Shown: positions 27,607-36,238 of the stretch, piece by piece
Layout of the letters: every line of letters starts with the position of its first letter
Numbering within the stretch: the stretch's first letter is position 1
From: a virus
DNA: 64,000 nt
Virus record (IMG/VR): IMGVR_UViG_3300031227_000013
Direction: 5' to 3' (one strand)
Made by a program: the position numbers and the translations under genes
The notes under the pieces: model-generated
What the model saw: only the letters and a program-made list of their open reading frames with translations
The model's database searches: none
What the model was told of the DNA's origin: nothing

Positions 27607-28626
27607 TTATTCTATGTGATTACAATCGAACTGATACTCCTCAGGGATACTGTCGATGTACTCCAGTATCTGATCAGCCTTCTCTTTCTTTCTGGGTAGA
27701 TAGATAGTAGCATCCTTGTATAGGTATTCTATGGTGCGCTTTAGGTTTATGCGATTGAAGATATTAAGCCTATATATTTTGTTACATGGTTTTATACTTG
27801 AAAGTATTTTATTGTCTTCCAGTATATTCTGTACTGAAGCACAGAAGGGCTGGGTTGATATTAACTCTATGCGCGTATTATAAGTACCATGATTATCCTT
27901 CCTTTTTGAAAAAAGGAAACACCCGTCCCCATCTATGTATCCCCGTATAAAATGATGTTGAAGGGCTGGGGGTATCCAGTCTGGAAAGGTAAGCTTAAAT
28001 GTTTTTCTCTCTACAACACCTAGTTCCTGAGCCTTCTTATATAGTTTTTGATTATGTATAACTAATCTATAGTAAGGGCTGCTGGTAAATCCTTCTTTAC
28101 CAATATAAGGAGCTATATATGTAAGGGGTTTTTTACCTTCGTGAAGTTTGTTGTTATAGAAATCTAAAATATGTTTATCCTTTTCTATAAGTCCTAATAC
28201 TATCTCTCCTCCCGTACAACACCCATCTGCGTATAGAAGACCTAAAAAATATAACTTCTCTTCATTTAATACATCACCAAAATACTCTTCATCCACAGCA
28301 TACTGTCTATGAGCTTCAGAATGGCTTCTTATTTTTTCCCATTCTTTTAAACGTCTATTTAAAGTAGACTTCGATAGATTATATTTCTTTACCAATTCTG
28401 GCTCGGATAGAGTATTTTCTAAATAGTCTTTTATTATATTCTGTTTTACCTCCTCAGGTATTCTAAACTTCGTGGCGGTTTTTTTAGACCTAATTGTGAT
28501 ACCCTCTTTTAACAAACGATTACGGACTATGAAATTCGTAAGCCCCAATATTTTGGCTATCTTAGGGCAGCCAATTCCTTCGTGCACGTACATGTTAATG
28601 ATTGATTCAATCATATCTTGTTTCAT
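27607..28626 (-). CDS. Free-standing double-motif LAGLIDADG homing endonuclease with N-terminal HTH repeats
   Basis: YFLGLLYADGC and HFIRGYIDGDGCF motifs; YLYKDATIYLPRKKEK end; HTH-like GCPKIAKILG and SEPELVKKYNLSKSTL. Confidence 0.9.
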   Translation of the reverse strand: MKQDMIESIINMYVHEGIGCPKIAKILGLTNFIVRNRLLKEGITIRSKKTATKFRIPEEVKQNIIKDYLENTLSEPELVKKYNLSKSTLNRRLKEWEKIRSHSEAHRQYAVDEEYFGDVLNEEKLYFLGLLYADGCCTGGEIVLGLIEKDKHILDFYNNKLHEGKKPLTYIAPYIGKEGFTSSPYYRLVIHNQKLYKKAQELGVVERKTFKLTFPDWIPPALQHHFIRGYIDGDGCFLFSKRKDNHGTYNTRIELISTQPFCASVQNILEDNKILSSIKPCNKIYRLNIFNRINLKRTIEYLYKDATIYLPRKKEKADQILEYIDSIPEEYQFDCNHIE

Positions 28627-28647
28627 TTTAAAATCCTCCTTTTACTT

Positions 28648-28676
28648 AATATACCCTATATAATTGACTTTATCAA
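28648..28676 (-). promoter_or_regulatory. Sigma70-like promoter of the endonuclease gene
   Basis: TTGATA-N17-TATATT followed by AGGAGG RBS. Confidence 0.6.
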
Positions 28677-28697
28677 GTATAACTTTAAAAAATAGCT

Positions 28698-28737
28698 AAA
28701 AAAATCCTCCTTCTGAATTTACTCAAAAGGAGGATTT
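28698..28737 (-). terminator. Intrinsic terminator after the major capsid gene
   Basis: AAATCCTCCTT..AAGGAGGATTT stem followed by T-run. Confidence 0.85.
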
Positions 28738-28775
28738 GAATATCTACATACTTGGTTTATACTGAAGTAGTTATA

Positions 28776-29780
28776 TTAAATAACCGCCCCATTTTCCCAG
28801 CTATGATTTGCCGTTCCGGAAAAATCAGCCCGACATACTGCTGCAGCATTACCCACAGCCGCGCCAATACATTCATAGGCAAAAAATTCCAACATGAAGT
28901 CTTCTTTCTTTGTGGACAGTGTAACATCGTCCAGAACGAAGAAACGACCAAGATACTTAGGCTCAGCAAACTGATAGATTACACCAGTCGGAACCAGATC
29001 AGTCTTGATAGTGACGATCCAATTTAAGCCCATGATTTTTTGCTGTGAGAATCCGTTAACAAACATCTCTTCAGCCAAATCTCCACCAATGTTATCGCGA
29101 CTGAGTTGGACAACATCCCAAATAGTGATGTTATTAACCAGCGCCATGGCAGGATTAAGATGACGATTAGTCGTAGGCAGACCTTTACGCATTTCGGCAA
29201 GATTAGCTCTTGTGATTCCGTTGTACGTAATATTTTGACAGGCGTTAATCTCGGTGTTCAGAGAGTTAGCATCCTGACCAGCAGCCACATCTACATTAGC
29301 AGGTGATCCCTGCGTGACAATGTAGTCGACAACATATAAATACTTCCGGTCTTCTTCGGACATTATTTGTTTGAGGATAATATCTTCCAGGATCTGTTTG
29401 ATATCCATGTCGTAGGTGAGCAGGGTGTTTACGTCTGCACGGAATCTACGGGACATGATTCTATCGAACATTACGCGGAAGCGCGGTCCCTTGATATAAT
29501 GACCAACAGGCAGAGTACCGAAAGGTACGCTATACGCTGCAGGAGCATTAGGTTCTTTATCAAGGATGATTACTGGTTTCTCAGTGTCTACCTGACGGTC
29601 GAGGTCAGCCGGTTCGACTTTCGTCGGAGGCTGAATTCTACGGGCGAAGCCATCTTCATAAAGACGGATGCGCAGATAATCTTCTACGCCTTCCTGTGCT
29701 TCCTTACGAATGACGGTATCGTCAGACAAGAAACCGTTAATGATTTGTTCATTAACCATTCTTGTTGTTGGATCTTGCAT
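28776..29780 (-). CDS. Major capsid protein (HK97-like fold)
   Basis: 334 aa; follows protease, scaffold and decoration genes; strong terminator; FARRIQPP, RQVDTEKPVIILDKEP, IMSEEDRKYL, C-terminal FFAYECIGAAVGN. Confidence 0.85.
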   Translation of the reverse strand: MQDPTTRMVNEQIINGFLSDDTVIRKEAQEGVEDYLRIRLYEDGFARRIQPPTKVEPADLDRQVDTEKPVIILDKEPNAPAAYSVPFGTLPVGHYIKGPRFRVMFDRIMSRRFRADVNTLLTYDMDIKQILEDIILKQIMSEEDRKYLYVVDYIVTQGSPANVDVAAGQDANSLNTEINACQNITYNGITRANLAEMRKGLPTTNRHLNPAMALVNNITIWDVVQLSRDNIGGDLAEEMFVNGFSQQKIMGLNWIVTIKTDLVPTGVIYQFAEPKYLGRFFVLDDVTLSTKKEDFMLEFFAYECIGAAVGNAAAVCRADFSGTANHSWENGAVI

Positions 29781-29801
29781 TATTAATCTCCTTTAACTAT
29801 T

Positions 29802-30524
29802 TTAAGAAGTACTTGTACTTTTATTAACTGTTGAACTAGATTCAGTTGAACTAGATTGAGAACTTGTACTCTTACCAATCGTTGAACTAGAATCACTGGA
29901 TTGAGAACTTGTACTCTTACCAATCGTCGAGCTAGAGCTAGAACTATTACTTGAAGTAGAGCTAGAACTATTATCAAGAGGGCTTTTAGAACTATTCACT
30001 GCTGGACAAAATACAGTCCAGAAAGATATTACACTCTTGTTATCAACATTAGTTTCTGTACCTTTACTTACTACACCGACGATATGACAGTCAGTATAAT
30101 TATCCTTAGCGAGTGTGACATCACCGCGGTCTGCACCGGTAGCGAATGTCATCAGATCGTTAGGATTGTAAGTACCTGCGACGAACTCAGTTGTTTGAAT
30201 TTCATATCCGCCGGAAGCTACAATACCTGACTGTGCTCCACCGGACATGTTCCCGACATCTGAATTAGCATCGAACTCGTTCGTCCCCTGGATCATAAAG
30301 AGTGCCAGAGGTGCTTTATGCTGGAAAACCTGCGTGTTAGCCACACCTGAGCCCATACCTGCAACGAATTCACCGTTCGAATTCAGGGTCATTACACTGC
30401 CTTCATAGACCAATTCCCCAGATGCCGGAGCAGCTGAGTAGTCTAGAGCGTGCATCGTAGAACGACCGCTAAGCTCGATTAAAGAATGATCAAACATCTG
30501 ACCAGGAGTTAGGTTTCCAGCCAT
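29802..30524 (-). CDS. Capsid decoration/cement-like protein, paralog B, with Ser-rich tail
   Basis: Directly upstream of MCP; highly similar to 30540-31154. Confidence 0.65.
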   Translation of the reverse strand: MAGNLTPGQMFDHSLIELSGRSTMHALDYSAAPASGELVYEGSVMTLNSNGEFVAGMGSGVANTQVFQHKAPLALFMIQGTNEFDANSDVGNMSGGAQSGIVASGGYEIQTTEFVAGTYNPNDLMTFATGADRGDVTLAKDNYTDCHIVGVVSKGTETNVDNKSVISFWTVFCPAVNSSKSPLDNSSSSTSSNSSSSSSTIGKSTSSQSSDSSSTIGKSTSSQSSSTESSSTVNKSTSTS

Positions 30525-30539
30525 TTTTCAATCTCCTTA

Positions 30540-31154
30540 TTATGAAGTACTAGAACTAGATTTAGTACTTTGACTTGAACTTGAGTTAGAACTAGAACTG
30601 TAATCAAGAGGAGTTTGAGAACTATTTATTGCCGGACAGAAAACAGTCCAGAAAGATAGTACGCTCTTGTTATCAGCATTAGTTTCTGTGCCCTTACTTA
30701 CTACACCGACTACATGACAGTCGCTATAATTATCCGAAGAAATAGTAACATCGCCACGGTCATCGCCAGTAGCAAAAGTTAACAAATCATTAGGGTTATA
30801 AGTACCAGCAACAAATTCAGTTGATTGGATTTCGTATCCACCGGAAGCTACAATACCTGATTGTACTCCGCCTGACATATTACCTACGTCTGAGTTTGCG
30901 TCGAATTCGTTTGTTCCCTGGATCATAAAGATTGCCATAGGAGCGTTATGTTGGTACAATTGGGTATTAGCTACACCCGTGCCCATACCAGCAACAAACT
31001 CGCCGTTCGAATTCAGAGTCATCACGCTACCTTCGTAGGTTAGTTCTCCTGAGGCCGGAGCCGCAGAAAAATCCAACGCATGCATCGTAGAACGACCGCT
31101 GAGTTCAGCTAAAGAATGATCAAACATCTGACCTGGAGTGATTGTTCCAGCCAT
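30540..31154 (-). CDS. Capsid decoration/cement-like protein, paralog A, with Ser-rich tail
   Basis: MAGxxTPGQMFDHSL.ELSGRSTMHALD shared with paralog B. Confidence 0.65.
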   Translation of the reverse strand: MAGTITPGQMFDHSLAELSGRSTMHALDFSAAPASGELTYEGSVMTLNSNGEFVAGMGTGVANTQLYQHNAPMAIFMIQGTNEFDANSDVGNMSGGVQSGIVASGGYEIQSTEFVAGTYNPNDLLTFATGDDRGDVTISSDNYSDCHVVGVVSKGTETNADNKSVLSFWTVFCPAINSSQTPLDYSSSSNSSSSQSTKSSSSTS

Positions 31155-31172
31155 TTTTCAATCTCCTTATTA

Positions 31173-31481
31173 TTAATATGGAATACTAAAGCGGTCGCAG
31201 AGTACTTGTTCAGATTTCCGCATTCCGTCTGTAGTAATTTCCTTTTTCTTGCCTTCTCCCAAAGAGGAGATGGCGGGACCTTGCTCGTCCTCAGAAGCTT
31301 TCACTTCTTTGGACTGAGCAACCTGTTTTTCGTTTTCAGAAATAACTTTTTCGTACTCTTCCAGCTTCCGGTTTTTCTCGGAAGCTTCTTTCTGAAGAGT
31401 TTCGATTGTTTGTTTCTGAACTTCGATTATGTTATTAGAAGCTTCGATATACTCTACAACTTCTTTATTTACATTACTCAT
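31173..31481 (-). CDS. Small coiled-coil head-assembly protein
   Basis: Heptad pattern; located between scaffold and decoration genes. Confidence 0.55.
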   Translation of the reverse strand: MSNVNKEVVEYIEASNNIIEVQKQTIETLQKEASEKNRKLEEYEKVISENEKQVAQSKEVKASEDEQGPAISSLGEGKKKEITTDGMRKSEQVLCDRFSIPY

Positions 31482-31490
31482 TGTATTCCC

Positions 31491-32555
31491 CTACTTTAAG
31501 GAGCGTACAGCATCCTTAATAGCTGAATGCCTTTCATCCGCCTGTACTTCCATAGCTGCGGCTTCTAGCTCTTCAGGAGTTACTCCTGCTTCTACTAGGG
31601 CTGCAAGAATAGCTTCTTCATCTGCTACGCCTTCTTCGCCGGGCATTCCTTCTTCGCCAGGAAGTCCTTCTTCGCCAGGTATTCCTTCTTCGCCGGGTAT
31701 TCCAGCTGGAATTTCCTCTGCAGGAATCATTTCTTCCATTGGAGCTTCTCCCATTGCTTCTTCTACAGGAGCTTCGTCCATCGGGGCTTCTGCCATTGCT
31801 TCTTCGGCTGGAGCTTCCGCTGGCATTACAGATTCTGGATTTTCAGCAGCTACTTCATCAAGCATTCCTGATGCTTGTTCTGGAGAAACTCCCAGAGCGG
31901 CTTGAATATCCTGTTCATCCTGAGCTCTTTTCAAAAGACCTGCTTCGTAACTTGTCACGAAATCATGATAAGCCTGATCTGCAGCTGTTTTGATCAATGT
32001 GTCCATTTCTTTTTCTTCGGCTGTCTTTTCAACTGCCGGAGCTGCTACTGGAGCTGCTACTGGAGCTGCTTCCTGTTTACTCTCAGCGTATTTGGACAAA
32101 ATGAGATTGCCAAGATCCTGAGCTTTCTTTAATTCGTTAGTCATGTCTTTTTCCTCAGCTACTTTCATTTTCTCGGCTTCAACAGCACTCGGTGTATCGA
32201 TCTTGGCACTTTCAACAGGGCCTTGATTAATATCCCCAGCGGCTCGTTCGTTATCCACCTTTTCGTTATTCTCTGCTTTCGGCTCTTCTACATCAGTAGC
32301 TGCGATAGCTCCCGCTAAATCCCCTGATTTTTCTTTTCCGAATGCACCTTCACTTGCCTTTTCCTCTTCCTTAGTCTTGTCAGGATCGTTAACTACACTA
32401 CCCTCGACAGATGCTGGAACGGTTCCGGCAGCTTCACCTCCGGTATCAGAAGTCGTGACAGTTATCGGAGATTCTTCCGCTGTCTTTTCTTCTTTTACTT
32501 CGGTGAGGAAACTGTCGATAAAGGACAAAGTCTGTTCATCACTAATTTTTTGCAT
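31491..32555 (-). CDS. Putative capsid scaffolding protein
   Basis: Very acidic, Ala/Glu/Pro-rich, several K-x-A motifs (EEKTA, EEKAS, EKTAE, IKTAA); follows protease. Confidence 0.7.
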   Translation of the reverse strand: MQKISDEQTLSFIDSFLTEVKEEKTAEESPITVTTSDTGGEAAGTVPASVEGSVVNDPDKTKEEEKASEGAFGKEKSGDLAGAIAATDVEEPKAENNEKVDNERAAGDINQGPVESAKIDTPSAVEAEKMKVAEEKDMTNELKKAQDLGNLILSKYAESKQEAAPVAAPVAAPAVEKTAEEKEMDTLIKTAADQAYHDFVTSYEAGLLKRAQDEQDIQAALGVSPEQASGMLDEVAAENPESVMPAEAPAEEAMAEAPMDEAPVEEAMGEAPMEEMIPAEEIPAGIPGEEGIPGEEGLPGEEGMPGEEGVADEEAILAALVEAGVTPEELEAAAMEVQADERHSAIKDAVRSLK

Positions 32556-32629
32556 GGCAAAAAACTCCTGTTAATTAATTTAACCTTTTCTTTACAATAA
32601 GCTAAAAAAAGCCTAATTGCAACTAAATT

Positions 32630-32647
32630 GTCTACCATGGTAGAAAA
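32630..32647. repeat. Palindromic motif TCTACCATGGTAGA, copy 2 (flanks inverted)
   Basis: GTCTACCATGGTAGAAAA. Confidence 0.85.
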
Positions 32648-32657
32648 TTGATACTTT

Positions 32658-34112
32658 TTATACAACTTTCTGCACAACAGCCAATTTCTGAACATCTTCT
32701 TCCTTATCCCTACAAAAGGACAGCAAGTACTTACCGTACTCTCTAGCGAGGAAATTGGCGGGACCACTAACAGCTTCCGAAGAAGCTTTCTTAATAGTCT
32801 CAACCGACGGTCCCGACCCGGGCTCCTTACGAATCATCGATACTGTGATGCGTTTCCTAAGGGGCTCGTCTGCCAGAGAATGGGACTCGGTCAAACCGCC
32901 AACTTCGTCTTTTATGTTTCGGAGAAGACATGGTGCTCCGTCATACGTACCGTCCCCCAGGAACTCGTCCAGCCCGTCGTTTGATTCTATATCCCTAAAA
33001 AGACTCGGCATCTTAGACTTCGCCTCTTTAATATGAGGTTCAATCTCGTCTGCTTTGTTTCCGAGAGCGAGCTTAAAAAATAACTCTAAAGGTAAAACTA
33101 CCTTCGCTCTACCCATCTCGGACAAGGACTGATCTGTGTCAGCCCCTAATTTAGATAATACATTAGGCGATATTTCATCAAATCCGGAGCCACCGCAAAA
33201 AGCGTACTTAGCTATTCCTAGAGGGCTGTCATCGGACACCCCGTCAATTACTTCTTCCATAGCGGCAAGTTTCTTAAGAACCTGCCTTCTGTCATATTTT
33301 TTACCGGTAAGGTAGATGTCCGTGAATTCGACAGGAATCGAATAGCGAGACATTTCGGCGAGTTCCGCGGAAGATACAACTCCGTTAGCTACTTTACGCA
33401 GTCCGAAGGCAATCTTATCCGCAGGCCGGAACACTCCACTAATATCGTGGAATCCGGGTTTATCATTATAGACAAATACCTGATTGGCATTCTTGTCCAT
33501 TTGAAGCATTTCATTTTTCATGTGATGACAGTACTGGTCTCTTGTAGTTGATACGTTGTTACATATCGAACAGATATCGTATGGAACCCCAGCCCCAATA
33601 CTGAAATAAATCGATTCATCGTTAGCGAGTTTATTAAGTTCACTTTCCCACTTATTATTATCCAGTTCAACAATAAGTTCTCCCCGTTCCATCTTAGGGT
33701 TATATGTTTCAAATTTAATTGAACCGCTGGATTTATTCTTATCCTTATTATCCTTGTGATGTTTGTATACAGCCCCGGTCTTCATAAAGGTCTTATGATA
33801 CTCTTTAAGACCTCCTGCCAGCATCCTTTTAGAAGAGGCTCCTTTTTTAGGATGCGGGAAAGTAACTTCTCTAGCTTCTTTATTAAAAAAGTCAGAGTTA
33901 TTATTACTTCCATATGTTTCCCCAGCCCCAGTAGTAATTAGATGGATACAGGTCTTACCCTTTTCAGGTTTTATCTGATCTTTGATATCGTCAAACATAG
34001 CAGCCCTTTTAGACATCCAGTTACTGTCTATACCTTTAGAATGGATCTCTATAAGCTTCGCTGTGGGTTCGTCCATATTGAAACTGTGTGGCTGTATAAG
34101 TTTAGTTATCAT
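32658..34112 (-). CDS. Prohead maturation protease
   Basis: GSNNNSDFF, VYKHH, FSIGAGVPYDICSICNN..YCHH, FHDISGVFRPADKIA; position upstream of scaffold and MCP. Confidence 0.75.
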   Translation of the reverse strand: MITKLIQPHSFNMDEPTAKLIEIHSKGIDSNWMSKRAAMFDDIKDQIKPEKGKTCIHLITTGAGETYGSNNNSDFFNKEAREVTFPHPKKGASSKRMLAGGLKEYHKTFMKTGAVYKHHKDNKDKNKSSGSIKFETYNPKMERGELIVELDNNKWESELNKLANDESIYFSIGAGVPYDICSICNNVSTTRDQYCHHMKNEMLQMDKNANQVFVYNDKPGFHDISGVFRPADKIAFGLRKVANGVVSSAELAEMSRYSIPVEFTDIYLTGKKYDRRQVLKKLAAMEEVIDGVSDDSPLGIAKYAFCGGSGFDEISPNVLSKLGADTDQSLSEMGRAKVVLPLELFFKLALGNKADEIEPHIKEAKSKMPSLFRDIESNDGLDEFLGDGTYDGAPCLLRNIKDEVGGLTESHSLADEPLRKRITVSMIRKEPGSGPSVETIKKASSEAVSGPANFLAREYGKYLLSFCRDKEEDVQKLAVVQKVV

Positions 34113-35391
34113 TTTTGCCCGCTAGTTGACTGACTGGTATACTCACATTAGTTGTTTTATTCTCTTCTGTGCGAGGTTCCGCAGGTTTAGACTTCTTATC
34201 CCCATATATAGAAGACATCATATCGACATGCTGCTTCTGGGAGCCTGTGCGGGCTGTTTCTGCCTGCATCATATCTTTAAGCTCGAACGGGTCTGCTGCT
34301 TTACCCTGTGTAAGCATTCTGCGCATAGAAGCACGCATCCATGCTTTGTTGTTAGCCAGAGAAGGCGTGGTATCTGCTACCTCGTTGTACATATCGATAA
34401 CATCCTCGAAAGGATACGATTTTATAATCGGATCGAATCTGTACAGTGTATATAAAGTTTTCTTAGCTTGTAGGTCTTTAAGGTAGTTATCCCATACAGG
34501 ACTCATACCTGTCTGCGGATCTACAAAGCCTTCCTGTTCGGGGGCTTTAGTTTTAGCTTTTCCCTGCGGAACACCTGCACCTATAAGACTTAGGAGGTCA
34601 GCGTCAGCCTGCTTATCGAAGCTATCGATATCTCTGGAAGTCTTTACAAGATTCTTTCCGTGTTCGAAAGCGTTAGCTACAGATATAAAAGGTTCGCACG
34701 CGGGGAAGACAGCAGCGTGTGCTGTTTTTTCCACGACGGGTAAACACTCTTTAAACATCCGCTTGTTAACATCGTTTATAAATTTAACCCCTTGCTCTCC
34801 GTGTGCATTGACGATGAGTCGGGCTGTTTTCTTAAGGTCTTTTTCCGGAGCTACCTGACAGTATTCGGCTACTTTACGTATAGCCGTCTCCAGGTTGTCC
34901 CTCTCCGAAGCGTATTTATTAAACATATCGGACTGAATCTGTCTGCTTAGATACGTAAATTCTGTAGCTTCTTTAAAGACACTTCCGGGATCTCTTTCAC
35001 AGGAGCTTACTCTCGGAACAGTTTTCTTTTCTTCCGTAGCTGTCTTCTCCAGTACTGTATACGAGCGTGTCGTCGAATAGTTTCTCATCGAGAAAGATCC
35101 GTCGGATGCCTGTTTCTCTACAGTTCCGTAAATACCCTGAATAATAGTTTTTGAATCTGCCAGAGGAAAATCCCCAGCCCTATTTTCAGACGAAGCTTTT
35201 TTCAGGAATGCGACAGACTTGGCCTTATTATATGTCTCGGACACTCTGCATATTTCCTGAGGAGTGAGCTGAAATTCTTTAGCTACCTTTGTTAATACAA
35301 GATTCGGATCCATACCGGCTCTTGAAAGGTTAGCCGCTTTGTCTAAGGATTTCAGTAATCTTTTTTCATTGCTTTTAGACATTTTTTCCAT
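34102..35391 (-). CDS. Putative virion (inner head) protein with many K-x-A motifs
   Basis: LKKAS, EKQAS, EKTAT, NKYAS, RKVAE, EKTAH, DKQAD. Confidence 0.6.
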   Translation of the reverse strand: MEKMSKSNEKRLLKSLDKAANLSRAGMDPNLVLTKVAKEFQLTPQEICRVSETYNKAKSVAFLKKASSENRAGDFPLADSKTIIQGIYGTVEKQASDGSFSMRNYSTTRSYTVLEKTATEEKKTVPRVSSCERDPGSVFKEATEFTYLSRQIQSDMFNKYASERDNLETAIRKVAEYCQVAPEKDLKKTARLIVNAHGEQGVKFINDVNKRMFKECLPVVEKTAHAAVFPACEPFISVANAFEHGKNLVKTSRDIDSFDKQADADLLSLIGAGVPQGKAKTKAPEQEGFVDPQTGMSPVWDNYLKDLQAKKTLYTLYRFDPIIKSYPFEDVIDMYNEVADTTPSLANNKAWMRASMRRMLTQGKAADPFELKDMMQAETARTGSQKQHVDMMSSIYGDKKSKPAEPRTEENKTTNVSIPVSQLAGKNDN

Positions 35392-35398
35392 TTTGAGC

Positions 35399-36223
35399 CT
35401 ACCGCTTCTTTTTAGTTAATCTTGCTTCTTTCTCTGTACTTTTAATTTTATCCGGATCAGCCAGTACGACTAACCCTTCCACCTCTTTAACAGCCTTTAT
35501 GATAGCTGCATCATCTTCCGAAGGACCTCCGTCTACCTGTCCTGCTGACGGTGATGCTGTTGAACCAAGATCCAGATTCTGTTTTTCAAGCAGAACTTTC
35601 AAATCATTATCAGGAGTCTCGTCTATCAATGTATATCTTTTAAACGTCGTCCACCAAGCTGTCTGTGCCTGCATATTGACTCGATCTGTATCATAATCCT
35701 GTTTATCCGAACGGGTCATCTTAGACCTGTTAAACACAGTTGAATCAAAAAATTCAAATCCCATGATACCTGCTATATACTTCCAGCCCATATCATATCG
35801 CTCTACATTCTTAATGGATTCACATAATCCGGATATATTTCTAATATATACCTTTTTTGTGTCTTTGTCACGTACATCGAAAAATAATTTACAGAATGTG
35901 TTTACTATTTCCGGTTTTTCTATGTACGCGTAATCCGCTATCTCCTTATCAGATAAGTCTGTCAGGGCCAGTGCTTCTATAACCCATCTGGGGCTGAACT
36001 GGTCTTCCCTGTAAAATATCATTCTTGCGTCATGTATAAACGGGTATTTCTTACGGGCTCCCGTTTTATGAGCAGCATCGTAAAATAAGTATTCGGTATA
36101 TTTTACGATAAACTTATCTTCGTTCTCTTCGAACTCGACCTTATCGAAATCGAAAGCCCCTGATTGCTTCCTGTAATCACCCGCCAAATTATGACGCCAC
36201 TCTGGACGTCTATTTGGGTTCAT
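35399..36223 (-). CDS. Hypothetical protein of the head module
   Basis: 274-aa ORF with RBS. Confidence 0.6.
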   Translation of the reverse strand: MNPNRRPEWRHNLAGDYRKQSGAFDFDKVEFEENEDKFIVKYTEYLFYDAAHKTGARKKYPFIHDARMIFYREDQFSPRWVIEALALTDLSDKEIADYAYIEKPEIVNTFCKLFFDVRDKDTKKVYIRNISGLCESIKNVERYDMGWKYIAGIMGFEFFDSTVFNRSKMTRSDKQDYDTDRVNMQAQTAWWTTFKRYTLIDETPDNDLKVLLEKQNLDLGSTASPSAGQVDGGPSEDDAAIIKAVKEVEGLVVLADPDKIKSTEKEARLTKKKR

Positions 36224-36238
36224 GTTAAATACCCTCTG

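Noticed and set aside
27223-28626. Group I intron containing the LAGLIDADG ORF
   Set aside because: No interrupted exon pair, no recognisable P7 core, and promoter or terminator signals separate the ORF from both the MCP gene and the structured RNA
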